Origin: Paraspadella gotoi | Lineage: Eukaryota; Animalia; Chaetognatha | Assembly (NCBI GenBank): GCA_051294375.1 | Contig: CM119269.1 | Coordinates: 9,912,839 to 9,976,838 of the forward strand | Direction of reading: 5' to 3' | Length of the DNA: 64,000 nucleotides | In this document: piece by piece, positions 36,848 through 49,497 of the stretch | How positions within the stretch are numbered: position 1 is the first letter of the stretch | Layout of the letters: every line of letters starts with the position of its first letter | Notes under the pieces: model-generated | Seen by the model: only the letters and a program-made list of their open reading frames with translations | Databases searched by the model: none | Told to the model about the DNA's origin: nothing | Translations under genes and position numbers: made by a program

Positions 36848-37482
36848 GAATCCGGAAGAAGGAAAACCGCTCAAGGAAAATAACAACAACGCCAACAACA
36901 ACAACGAAAAAGCCATCTCGTCTTCCAAATCAACGCCGTCTCATCCCGTCGATGCCATTTCATTCGAATCAACGCCATCCAATCTCGACGATGGTCAAAG
37001 GTCGAGGGTTCGCGACCCGGAGAAGCAGCTGGGTCCAAAGAAGGAAAATGAGGAGGAAGAGACGACGAGGACGACGACGACGACGACGACAGGACCGGTC
37101 GACGACACCCCGGGCGATAAACGCGAAGGAAACAATAAAAAAGACAACGACAACAACAACGACAAAAGTGACCCCTACCGCGAGGAAACAAAAACCTCGA
37201 TGGACGCAGCGGACGATGCCACAGATGGCGCTACAGATGGTTCCATCCTCCGCATCATCTTCTCCCCTCTCTTCCTCCTTTCCCTCTTTTGGTTTTTCGT
37301 CATCAAACTTCGTCTCTTCTTCTTTCTCGCGACGACCAACGCCTGGTTGACATCTCTCGCCAGGCGTCGTCATCGCCTGACGGAACTCAGTCGCCTGACG
37401 ATTCTCTTCGGCGTCAGTCAGGCGAGCGTCGTTGCGTTGGCGCCGGCGGCGGCGATGGTTGTGGAGAAGTTGGGAGGATCCG
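36848..37482 (+). CDS. SLC43: SLC43 exon: central cytoplasmic loop, TM7-TM8
   Basis: tacag/gtgag; encodes FSPLFLLSLFWFFVIKLRLFFFLATTNAWL and LFGVSQASVVALAP, matching SLC43 FSP.FLLSL....qLRL.F and FG..Q.....AP; phase 2 to 1. Confidence 0.9.
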
Positions 37483-38072
37483 GTGAGGGATTTGGGCTCT
37501 ATATTCCGAAAGATTCTCATTTCGACTCGAATTCAGAATAAAGTTTAGGTTTTTAAAGGTTTATAACGATTTAATAACTAGGTCATGGGTTAGGGATAGA
37601 GAGTTTGTTGACAATTAGGGATTTGTTTAGGGAATTTGTTAGATTTTGGTTTGATTATATTAGGGATTAGGGTTAGGGAATAAGTTTCGGTTAAAAATAA
37701 GGATTAAGGATTAGATTAGGAATCGAAATGGGGCGCTCTAGGAAATTAATGCCAGGATTTATAGCGGTGGGGTTGATGGGTGAGTTTGAATGAGAGGTAA
37801 GGTTAGGGATGGGATAGTTGAGGTAGGGTGGGGGATGGTGTCCTGTAATGCTGGATATTAGACGCCGATATAGGTCAGGGTCGTGAGATGGGTCAAGGTG
37901 GTGAGATGGATCAGGGTGGTTAGGTGGGTCAGTATGGTGAGGTGGGTAAGGCTGGATGAGAGTCAGACTTTTTTAAGTTTTACAATATTTTGGCTTTTCT
38001 TATTTAAATATTAATCATTTATATTTAACTAATATTTTCCCTCCTTTTGCCCTTCTTCTTCGTTTCTCTCTC

Positions 38073-38124
<52 letters not shown>

Positions 38125-38131
38125 CCAACAG

Positions 38132-38511
38132 CCCCTTACTCTTCCATCTCCACTTCATTCGGCCTCAACTGTTTCCTCACCCTCGGCGCCTCCTTCTTCT
38201 CCGCCATTCCCAAACTCTCTTTACAACCGGCGTCGTTTTTCCTCTCGGCGTTGCAATCCAGCGTCTCCACGACGTCGCTCACCCTTCTCTGGCGACGCCG
38301 CTTTCCCCGGCGACATCAGACGGCGCTGGCCGCTGTCGCCGCGGCGACGGCGGCGGCGGCGGCTGCGCTGCAGTCGCCGATTTTCTCGAGTCTCCACCCG
38401 GAAGAGCTCGTCGACTGGAGTCGCGTCTACGTGGGATTCTTTGCGGCGACGGTGGTGGCGTCCGCATTGCCGGTGGTTGTCGGGAGGTTGGAGGGTGTCG
38501 GGGCAGAGTGA
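38132..38511 (+). CDS. SLC43: SLC43 terminal exon: TM9-TM12, stop TGA
   Basis: (CT)n plus aacag acceptor; encodes IPKLSLQPASFFL, FP and LQSPIF, matching SLC43 IP.L.LQ..SF.L / FP / LQ.PlF. Confidence 0.88.
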
Positions 38512-39263
38512 GAGGGGTGTTTGAGTGAATGGGTGGAGCGGAAGTAGAGCCGACGGTGGAGTGATTAAGGAATTAGTAGGATTGAAAAAGTTCTATCGCT
38601 CGATTCCTCAACCGGTCAATGTGGTCATCCTCTCACCTCAATAGTTTTTTAATTCCAAATTTAAACTCTACAATTAAACTTTTCAAGTGCTGAGCTCCTC
38701 AACTGAATCCATAAATTATTCTATAATTTCACTTTTCAACTCTTCGAATGCAAATCTCGTCTCGTCTCCTCAACTAATAAACTTATCTCTACTACTTTTC
38801 AACTCTTTGAATCCGTCAACTTTTAAGCCAACAATTAATCAACTTTTCATCTCATTATTTACTCCTCAACTTTTCAATTTTCAATTTTTCAATTTTCAAC
38901 TCAACTTTTCAATTTTCAACTCAACAAACCTCAAAAGGACTCAACTTTTTCAAAACATCCGCAACCAATAAAAAAAATCCCTGTTTTTTTTTTTTTTTTT
39001 TCAATTTGTACTTCTGTATATTTTTTAATAACTTTATCAAAATTGTTTTGCTGTTTAAAATTTGTTGTTTTCTATTTCAAAAGAACTTAGTCTAGTGTCT
39101 TTGTTAACTTGTTCGATTTAGATAAGTTGCCTGTTTAGGGATTTGAAAACCAAATTAAAAAAAAAGCGAATCACAAACTCTTCTAAACTTAGCAACACTC
39201 TTCGCCGCTTAACTCATCAATAGAGAAACTGATAAAGATAGAATAAGAAAATTAAGGAAATAA

Positions 39264-39540
39264 AATAGTTAGAGATGAAACGAAAAATTCGTTGTAATAG
39301 CAATTTTATTTTATTTAATGTCATGTTTTCGACTCTTAGTTTTTGCGAGTCCTTCAATCAGCAAGTTGAATTAATCAGACACAAATCTTTCTTAAACATA
39401 GTTTGAAGAGAGAGAGACGAAAAAGAGAGAGAGAGAGAGTTTTCAACAAAGAATTTGAGCAACGGTAGTGGTCAGATGTGAGGACAGGTTGGAAAGTAGG
39501 GAAAGAGAGAGTAAAATGATTTTTTGAAATTGTGTAAAAG

Positions 39541-39576
<36 letters not shown>

Positions 39577-40175
39577 AGGGATCAATACATAGGCAATGTA
39601 ACAACAGTGAAAAATTTTTTAGAAAAACTAAATATTTAACAAAAGTAATAATAAATTAATTGTTAGCTGATGATTGTTAGTAAAGAGAAAATGAAATAGA
39701 AGAATAAGTGATGAGGGATAGATAAGTAAAGATAAGTGAAATAGTAAGGTAAGAAAAAGAGCTCAAAAATGAGCTGCCCCCCCCAGCCGGGCAAATGTGG
39801 GACGTTTAACGATGTAGTCGGGTCATTGGCCTGTCATAGCTGAGATATATTGTGGTGGAATGGGACAGGGCTGGATTCTGGTATGATCCGGCTTGGAAAA
39901 ATGCCTAGTGCCTACTCGAATATCTCTCTGACCTGATAGCCTGCCGAAGGCCCTCCTCTCACCTGACGGTGAGGTGGGCGATTGCCTTTTTCTTACCTTA
40001 CTATTTCAAACTTATCTTTAACTTATCTATCCCCATCACTTTATTCTTCTATTTCATTTTCTCTCACTAACAATCATCAGCTAACAATTAATTTATTATT
40101 ACTTTTGTTAAATATTTAGTTTTTCTAAAAAATTTTTCACTGTTGTACATTGCCCTAATGTATTGATCCCTGTGT

Positions 40176-40206
<31 letters not shown>

Positions 40207-40473
40207 CTTATTCACCAATTTCAAAATCATTTACTCTCTCTTTCCTACTTTCACCTGTCCTCACATCTGACCACTATCCTTGCTCAATTCTTTGTGGAAA
40301 ACTCTCTCCTCTCTCGCTTTCTCTCTCTCTCTCAAACTAATGTTTTAAAATTATTTGGTCTATTGAATTCACTTGCTTGATGAAGACTCGCAAAAACTAA
40401 GAGTCGAAACATGTACATTAATAAAAAATAAAATTGCTATTACAACGAATTTTTCGTTTCATCTCTAACTATT
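39264..40473. repeat. Long inverted repeat (arms ~39264-39760 and ~39985-40473) with Penelope-type hammerhead-like motifs near the outer ends
   Basis: The arms are reverse complements over ~490 bp with small indels. Motif c(t)tgatga-agactc..gagtc-gaaa-catgt at 40376-40415 (+) and 39320-39362 (-). Confidence 0.85.
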
Positions 40474-40801
40474 CTAAATAGCAAAAAAGAAAGTCAAAAT
40501 ACAATGAAATAAAATAATAAAAATGAGCAAATACAATGTGTTTCTCGGGAAATAAAAAATAAAAAAAAGAATAAAAAAATGAGAAAATCTGGATCTCTGA
40601 AAAATGGATTTGAGGGGAAAACTATTGCAAAGAGTAATAAGATGATGGAAGCGGCATTGCCTGCAATGGTTGCAATGGAGGCACCATCTGGGCGAAAATT
40701 CTCAAACGTGGAAAAACGTTATTTCTCGAAGGCTATAAAAGGAGGGGCGTGCGGTAGGGAGATGAAAGATAGAGAGAGAGAGAGAAGAGAAGAGAAGAGA
40801 G

Positions 40802-40861
<60 letters not shown>

Positions 40862-42451
40862 CTTTTTGAAAGGTAAAATCGTGAGACCAGCTGATCCTCA
40901 TCGATCGAAAGGCCAGTCACATCGTCGTGCTACACTTTCCGGCGCCAATAAAGCTGCCATAATCGTTGCCGTCATAATTGCCATCCACGGCGCCGACGTC
41001 GCTGGCAATACCGTCTCTTTGCATTCATCTACTGCTTATGAATTTACGGATATTAGACCAAACTAATCAATAATATTAAATTCCTACTAAAATAAGGAAT
41101 TCCGCTAAAGCAGTTGTGTTACATTTTTACTTACGATCTACATTATATATCTCGCAGTACCTAAAAAAATTTAATTCTATGCCAGTTACAACCAACAAGT
41201 TTTTTTCCGTAAATTTAGACTTCACCTCAGTTATGTTTGGTCGCAGGTGACGACAAATCTCCAAAAATGAAAATCTTCTGCCAAAAAAAAACTACAGTAT
41301 GAATATGTCTAACGCCATTTTTAAATCCTTTTTTTCCCACCGTCTCCCTGACCCTGAGGAAATAACCGAAAGTGATACTAAAAAAAAGGAAAATATCATT
41401 ATTTGATAAAAGAGATAGTAATATTATTTGATATTTTAACAAGAACGGTAATTCAAATGTGTCGCGCCGAAGTGAGTGCATTGTCACGTGTATTTCTCGT
41501 GACATGATATTACATGACGTGACATGACATGACATGAATCCATGACTACATTAACTTATTTACTTTCTTAGCCCGTGTATTTATGACATGCACTGCATCA
41601 AAATGAACGAGCAGAAAGAACTAAGATTTAATACCTAAGAATGTAATTCACAAAAATGTTTAGACCTCTCAGAAAAAAAAAGATCTGAAATTGTTAAAAA
41701 GACTGAGTCATTGTCATTTGATGTCATTCTCAATGACAACGACGAAAAAAAATACGTTTAAATTATAAATTATAAAGACAAAGTCAAGGAGCTGACACAC
41801 AAATAATTATTATAATTATAATAATTATAATTATAAATTCTCCTCAGGTATTTTTCCGACGATTCACTCGGGGGAATCTTCAACATACGGTGGCCCAAGA
41901 GGGAGGCAAATTTTTAAGACGGCAAAGGGCGGAAAAGAAGGTGGGGTCAGGGAGTGGCTTAAGGCGCTTGATAGGCACTACGTACAATCGACATGATTAT
42001 AGAAAACGCAAGAGTGAAAACAAGAAGAGAAAAAAAGACGACGACGACGACGATAATTACGACGAAAAAAAACGACGAAAGGGATATCCATAAAGAATAC
42101 GACGACGACGACAATAAGAACAACGAAAACGACGAAGACGACGACGACGAAGAAGACGACGACGACGCTTGGCGGCCGTAAAGACGCGAAAGTTCACATC
42201 AAAGGATCGAGTGCGAAAAAAAAGGAGGAAGCGAAAGAAAGGATGATTAATATCGACAAGGGAAAAATAGATCCGAGAGAATGGGGGGAAAGGGAAAAAA
42301 GGAAAGAAATAGGGGAGGGAGGAAAGGAGGGAAATGTGTGAGGGAGGAAAGAAGAGAAATATAGGAGGAAGGGAGAAATAGAGATTTAGGATAGGACATG
42401 GGGAAGAAGACAGACGGAAACACCCTATGAGGTTGAGAGAGAGAGAGAGAG

Positions 42452-42576
<125 letters not shown>

Positions 42577-42933
42577 GAGAGAGAGAGAGAGAAATGTTTT
42601 TGTTATTGTGAATTTGGTGAAGAATAAAAGTGAGAAACAATGAGATTCCCGTGAGTCTTTCTCTCACAATAGCTCAGTCTTTTTGACTCTCTCTCTTCTC
42701 ATGACACATTTCTTCACATTTTTAAATATTTTTTCACATTCTGCACATTTTTTTCACATTTCTGCACATTTTTTTCACATTTTTTCCCGTCGTAATTCAT
42801 TCCTAAAGTTTAATCGACTGTTAATTTTTTTCACTCGAGAGAAATTTTTTGTTCAGATGTCGTTTTCAGATTCTTCCAATTTATTTCACGGATTTTGAGT
42901 TTGAGAGTTGGAGAAGAGAGAGAGATAGAGAGA

Positions 42934-43004
<71 letters not shown>

Positions 43005-44485
43005 GAAAATAAGAATAATGGGTAGCGTCGGGAAAATGGTTGGACTTTGGGTGAAGAAGCGAGGAAAGGTCACACGGATCAAGGAAAGGTCAGGTCGAGG
43101 TCAACCCAGCATAAAATGATTCTTTTATTAATATTATAGAAGATGGAGGAGGGAAAAGACGAATCGGATAAGGAAGAAAATCGGTCCGTGATCGGCGAAT
43201 AGTGAATGGTTATTAGTGATTGGGGATAGAAAAATTGTATTAGAATTTTTACAATATTAAGTAGAGATAACAAAGTACTCTGTGTGTAGAAAATCTTTGT
43301 TTTGGTTATTTAATTAATTGAAAACTTTAAAAAATATCTCTACTATGTTGTGTACGAGGGCTTTAGCCAACATGGCCAGCTTAAAGTCGGGAGACCATAA
43401 ACTTTTTTTTCGAATGAATAATTTTTATAAGTATTTAGGTATTTATTTATTTCTAAGTTTATTTATTTATTTAATTATAAGTATTTAACATTATGAATTT
43501 AAGGCGCTCGATTGAATCGGATTTTGTTTTCTGAGTTTTCTTTTTTTTCCTTTTTGTTTTGTTTGTTTCGCATCTACTACTATTGCAAATAAAACTTGGT
43601 AAATAAATAAGATTCATGGAATCACAATAAATATTTACGAAAATCCCATTTGGTTGATGGATTGATTCGCGTTGAGAAAATTGAAAAATGAAATGAGGGA
43701 GAATTAAAGATTTTAAAAATAAATCGGGAGAAGGAATGATTTTTAAAAAAATGAAAATATAAAGAATTAAAATTATTTAAAAAATGAAAAGAGAAAGAAT
43801 TAAAGATTAAAGATTAAATAATTAAAGATATTTAAAAAATATGTTTTTTTAAATAATAAAAAAATAACAATTTTGACAAACACTTAAAAAAGAGAAGAAA
43901 GAATAATCTTTTAAATGATAACAAAAGAATTAAAAAATTTTTTAAAAATCTAAAAAAACACTAAGAAAAATAAAAGTGAAAATGGGTGAAATAAAACTTT
44001 TAAAAAAGGGATAAATTTGGCGACGAAGTTTCTGCCTGAGACGGAAAATCGAAGGCAATCTCAAAGTCAATATGAGATGGGATGAAAAAAGGAGGAAAGG
44101 AGAGAAAGAAGGAAAGAAATAAAAAGAGGAAAGGAGTGAGGAAAGGAGGAATAATAGAAATAAGAGGAAAGAAGAGAGAAAAGGAAAGAGATGAAAGGAG
44201 GAAAGAAGTAAGGAATGAAAAAGGAAAGAGAAAAACGTAAAAAAAGAGAGATAGAATTATAAAAAAGAAAAAAGAAAAAAGAAAAAAAGAATAAGAAAAA
44301 AAAAGGAAAAATAGGAAGAAAGTCATTTATGCGTACATAGGAAATTTATTGATGTCGTATTTAAAGTTAAAAAAAGTAAAGAAAGTAAATGTTGAAATTA
44401 AAAAAAGACACAAATCTCAAAGGAAAGGACCCAGTTTTTACCATTTTCAATGATTAAGCCGAAGAGGAGAAAGACTTAAGGCCCT

Positions 44486-44519
<34 letters not shown>

Positions 44520-45738
44520 GCGTCGTCGTCGTCGTCGTCGGCGTCGTCGTCGGAACATGAATACCAAATGAAACGCAAATGAAGAATGACACCGTTGAGA
44601 GCGACAAAGACGACGACGACGACAATAACAACGACTGAGCGTAAACCTCTCGAGATATGATAATCGTTGCGATGGAAGATTCATTAAAACCTTTGGAGTT
44701 GGTGGGCGGAGAAACGAGTGACCGCAGAGACGAAATGAGGCGGATTCACACGGACTCACCGAGTGACAATCACATGAAGACGCAGAGTCACAAGCTGGCT
44801 TGGTTACTATTTAGCTGGGTCATCGTCTGGCAGGGTCACTGCCCGGCTGGATCACTGACACTCTGAGTCACCCTCGGGGTCTCTCACCAACTCACAGCAT
44901 CACAGGATCACAGAATCACTGTTTCTTTCAGTATTTGTCTTAGTAATCTAACAGACCCACTGGGAACAGTCATTCAGAGCAAAGGTAATTATTAACATCA
45001 TTTCATATTCTCACGCTTTAGAAAAGAGAATGAATGATTTACACGCTCTCAAGATTAGTTTTAAATGTTTCTTCCGAATATCTCGAAAGGTTTTACAGAT
45101 CTTTTACAAAATATTTACAAATGAGTCACTTATGATTCATAAATGATTCACAGATGCCTCACGATTTCTAAGTCTTTTCCATTCTTTCTCACAAATTTTT
45201 TTCAAAAAATTTAGCCCGAAAATAAAAAAAAATTTTGTTCTAAACTTTTGTGTCGATTTTATTCAAATGCAAATATTTTTTCGAAGGAAAAAAAAAGACG
45301 TCGTTGACGACGACGATGACAACGACGACGAGGGCGGTGATAATGACGACGACGATGATCACGACGATGATCACGACGACGACGACGAAAGTGACGGGAG
45401 AAGCAACGACAATAAAGCGAAGTTTTCTTATTAATTCTCAAAACAAGAATTAGTTTCTGAGGACCATTTATTAAAATTGATTTTGTTGACATTGAAAAAA
45501 AGACGAGAGGGAGTCGATAAGAGAAGCGAAGAGACAGCAAAAGCAAAAAAAAATATTGATTTTAGTTAATAGTCAACAGACCGAAGAAAGACAGAAAATC
45601 CAGTTAAAAAATAACGAAGACTGTCGAGTATTTTCAATTGAATACAGTAAATTGATTAAATGATTAAATAAAAACAATGATTAAACTGTTGACGACCGAT
45701 TTTCATTGAAAGACAACAATTCGGGCGATGTGAAGTAA

Positions 45739-45836
<98 letters not shown>

Positions 45837-46624
45837 CAGTCGCTAAGTCTTTAAGTAAATGGCCTACGATTTCCCATTCGGACGGACTTCCGCCTTCCAC
45901 GTCCATTACGCCCATCACTGCTTTCCGCCAAGCTTTTATTCCGAAACCAAGCTTTTTTTATTTTAACCAAGCTTTGTCTCTTCCTCGTGGGTTGTTTTCC
46001 ACTCTCGGCCAAGTCTCATTCTGACACTCACATCAAAAGCTTTCCTCACACTCAGAAAAGCTTGCTTCCTCCAAATGCATCGCGCCAGTTTAGATGCTTA
46101 TCGTCGTCGTCTTTTTTGTTTATCGGGTCAAGAATCTCGATTCACGTGATTTTTTTCGGTGAATCGTCGTCGTGAATCGTGAAGAATTTCGTCGCCTCAT
46201 TCTGAGTTTCATTGGTGGTTGCAATGCAATGCAACGCAATGTGGAAAAGAAAGAAAATTTAAGAAAAAATGCATAAATATGACATAAATATGAATAACAT
46301 ATATTTAAATTTATATCAGTCACATCGACAATACACTTAATCCGGATCTAAGCACAATTCCAGACCAAATTACTCCTGCCCCAATCCAAGGCAAACCTCT
46401 GGCCCAACGTCAATCCAAGGCCAACTTCACATCCAACCCCAATCGAAGGCCAACCTGTTCCCCTACCGCGTCGCAGCCTGAGCCATGTCGGTACTTAAGC
46501 CAGGCATAAGTGGAACCCAAGATGGAAAACAAAGCGAAGCCACTCGGCGGGATTAATTAACAGCTAGGGAAGAGAGAAGTTTAGAGGGGGGAGAAAGAGT
46601 TAGCGGGGAGAAGAGAGAGAAGAG

Positions 46625-46733
<109 letters not shown>

Positions 46734-46819
46734 TGAGAAAAGGATTTTATTGGAATGAAAATAAAAACAGGCAAAGAAGGCGCGTTAACCAAAATGGATA
46801 AGTCGCAGCAGCAGAGAGG

Positions 46820-46875
<56 letters not shown>

Positions 46876-47477
46876 AGAGAGAGAAGAGAGAGAGACCCGT
46901 GTTTATTTCCAACAATTTATTTTCTATTTTCGATTTAATTTCTATGGAAAATGTTTTAATCCGTTTTTTTTTTGTGCCACAGAAATGTTGATTCTCTTCT
47001 AGGATTTATTAAACAAGGATAAGACGTTCATGATTTGAAGTTCAATAAGAAATGATTGAAGATTTGAACGAATGTAAACAAACGATTGTAAGCAAACGAT
47101 CTTAACCAGAAAATTACGCTAAATGAATAAAAATATATTTACGAGCCTGGATACACGGCTGCAGCCTCAACAATAATTGTTGAGACTGACCAAAACAAAT
47201 GTGTCACTTGTCAATCGATCAAATAAATCGTAATATGACATAATCGATGTTTGCATGTCATGCCATGCCATAACGAATATCGGCAGACTTTAAATCAATT
47301 AAAGGAAAAAGTGTGAACTTATCTAATATGAATCTCACATTGACTCGACAGAATTTATTCTGTTTGTGGCTTACCTTACCCGTCGCAATGCAGGTGAGCT
47401 TTCTAACGCGCTTAATCTACTTGTTTTTTTCTACCCAGAAGACAAAAGGTAAGTTCCCGATTCACCCTTTAACTTAC

Positions 47478-47577
47478 CCGGCGGAAGACAAGGGCCTCTC
47501 ATGTCGAGGTCAACGTCGTCGATCCCAACGACTCCTTTGGCTTGAGAGCGAATTTTGAGGAAGGCGTCGAAGGCAAT
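47478..47577 (-). CDS. MAM/LDLa gene exon: MAM end
   Basis: Encodes IAFDAFLKIRSQAKGVVGIDDVDLDMRGPCLPP; cctag/gtaagt. Its phase-1 end fits exon 20228-20365. Confidence 0.88.
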
Positions 47578-47800
47578 CTAGGAGAGAGGGAGAGAGAGAG
47601 GGTGGGGGAGAGAGAGGGAGAGGGGAGAGAGAGAGAGAAGAGAGAGAGGAAAATTATTCGTGTATTTATTTTGGGACAAAAAAGAAAACTTAGTCAATTT
47701 TCGATTTCCATGAAAGAAGAATTTTAGAATCAAAAGAGGCGAGTGGCGAGCGAGTGCCGAGCGAGTGGCGATTTTCGTCTTAACGCCATATGCCATTCAC

Positions 47801-47954
47801 CTGGAAAGAGCTAGAGGTAGGAGGCACCGTCGCCTGCGTTACGTGCCATTTGGTGCCCAGATTTGACGTCACGCTCCAGAGGGTGTCGTAAGATCCAACG
47901 TGGTTGACGGTTGACGCTTCGAGTTTGACGAAGTTGTCGCCGTTTGCGTAATAC
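47801..47954 (-). CDS. MAM/LDLa gene exon
   Basis: Encodes (W)YYANGDNFVKLEAS..TLWSVTSNLGTKWHVTQATV..FQ; gcag/gtgaa; 154 nt, the same length and phases as the equivalent exon 17888-18041. Confidence 0.88.
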
Positions 47955-48406
47955 CTGCCCCGGAGTAGATCTTCAGTAAGTGAGGCCGATTAAGCACTTA
48001 CCAGAATAGAGTCTCCCTCACCCGCCAGGGTCTTTAGCTTCTCCGGATCTTCCCTTCCCTCTATCATCGTCTCTTACACCTCATCCCCGAATCACAGATC
48101 GAGTCTTGGACATCGGCAATACAACTTAAAACTTACAACCTCTCAACGAAGTAAACTAAACACTAAAAGGTAAGTTAACACGTTGAAACGAACAGAAAAT
48201 GTTATTTTACCAAAAGTTAGGACACCCTATTTTCTCTTTTGCCCAAAAGATAAGTCATCCCCTTTTCTGTCCACACTAACTGTAAATTCATTACAGGCTT
48301 ATTTTTTCACTTAATCGAATTCTCTTCTCACAACAAAGTAGGACAACACTCTCTTCCAAAAAAGTAAGTGCATCTTATTCCATCCTCAAAATAACAAAAC
48401 AGTTAA

Positions 48407-48492
48407 GCCCGATTAGCTCAGACGGTAGAGCACGGAACTCGTAATCCTGGTAATCCTGGTGATCCTGGGTTCGAGACTCACATTGGGCGCCA
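48407..48492 (+). pseudogene. tRNA-Lys(CTT)-derived pseudogene or SINE head (anticodon position reads CGT; genomic CCA)
   Basis: GCCCGAT..ATTGGGC acceptor stem, GCTC-AGACGGTA-GAGC D arm and GGTTCGAGAC B box. It has a 9-bp tandem duplication (taatcctgg) and mismatched anticodon and T stems. Confidence 0.78.
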
Positions 48493-48626
48493 CTGACAGA
48501 AGAAGACTTTCATTGGTGAAACGTATATATTGACAAAAGGTCCAGGGCGGAAAGATGAAATCAACCCTGACCCCACTCCTACCAAATGTAATTCAAACCT
48601 TTTCCCCTCCTAAACAATCTCCTTAC

Positions 48627-48795
48627 CAAAAGGTGAGGCACGCTCCATGCGGCGCTTCCACGTGCGTGCCCGAGTGAAGGATGGCGCGGTGACCGCGATA
48701 CGAGGGGGCGTAGTTGGGCGCCGTTTGATTAGCGTCGGCCAGGAAGAAGTGACCCGATCCTGTGTTCGTCGAGTGATCGATAGATGGCGCTGCGA
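48627..48795 (-). CDS. MAM/LDLa gene exon (most 5' exon found in the window)
   Basis: Encodes APSIDHSTNTGSGHFFLADA..GHRAILHS..GACLTF(W); tacag/gtaag; phase 1 to 2. Confidence 0.88.
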
Positions 48796-49462
48796 CTGTA
48801 GAGAGAGATAGGGAGGAGGAGGATAAACAAGTGCACTAGGGATTTAAGCGTCTGTTGTTTATCGAATAGGAGTGGAGAGCGAGAGAGAGTGAGAGAGAGA
48901 GAGTGAGAGAGTGAGAGAGAGAGAGAGAGTGTAACCCCATTCTTAAAAAAAGTATCTTAAAATATTTTTTGATGAAATTGGTACAACCAATATAAAAATT
49001 ATCCATTCATTTAATAAATAAGCTATCTTGTCCCTGACTTTGGACAGGTTATTTTGTGATTCAACGTTTTCCTTTTTTTTTTACAAAAAAAATTTCAGGA
49101 ATTTTTTTTTCTCTCGTTGAGAGACGCTTGTGAAAGATTTTGACCTCGTGACGCGACACGAGACGAACTCTGACCTCTGAGTGTCGACGGACGGTTGGGG
49201 GAGTCTGGAGGAGAGTCTTAAAAGGGGGTGGGCAATGTAGAGGAAGGGTTTTAGCTAGATTCCATAGTAGGATGCGGGTTCGGAGGAGTGGTGTAGATAG
49301 GAGGGTTTCAAGGAGGGTTTCAAGGGTTTTCGGACTTTGGTGGGGGAGGGTTAGAGGAAGGAAAGATGGAACGAAGGAAAAGAGATGATTAAAGAAGAAG
49401 AGGAGAAAGGGGGGCGGGAGTCCATTGGGGGTTGGAATGAGACATATGAGAGAGAGAGAAAA

Positions 49463-49497
<35 letters not shown>

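Noticed and set aside
40620-41040. GC-richer exon-like islands (also ~45840-46020, 50950-51110, 53195-53320, 58590-58780)
   Set aside because: Some have plausible single splice sites, but I found no recognisable peptide or consistent exon chain. RNA-seq would be needed.
48407-48492. Functional tRNA-Thr(CGT)
   Set aside because: It has a Lys-type backbone, mismatched anticodon and T stems, an internal 9-bp duplication, genomic CCA and no poly-T terminator.
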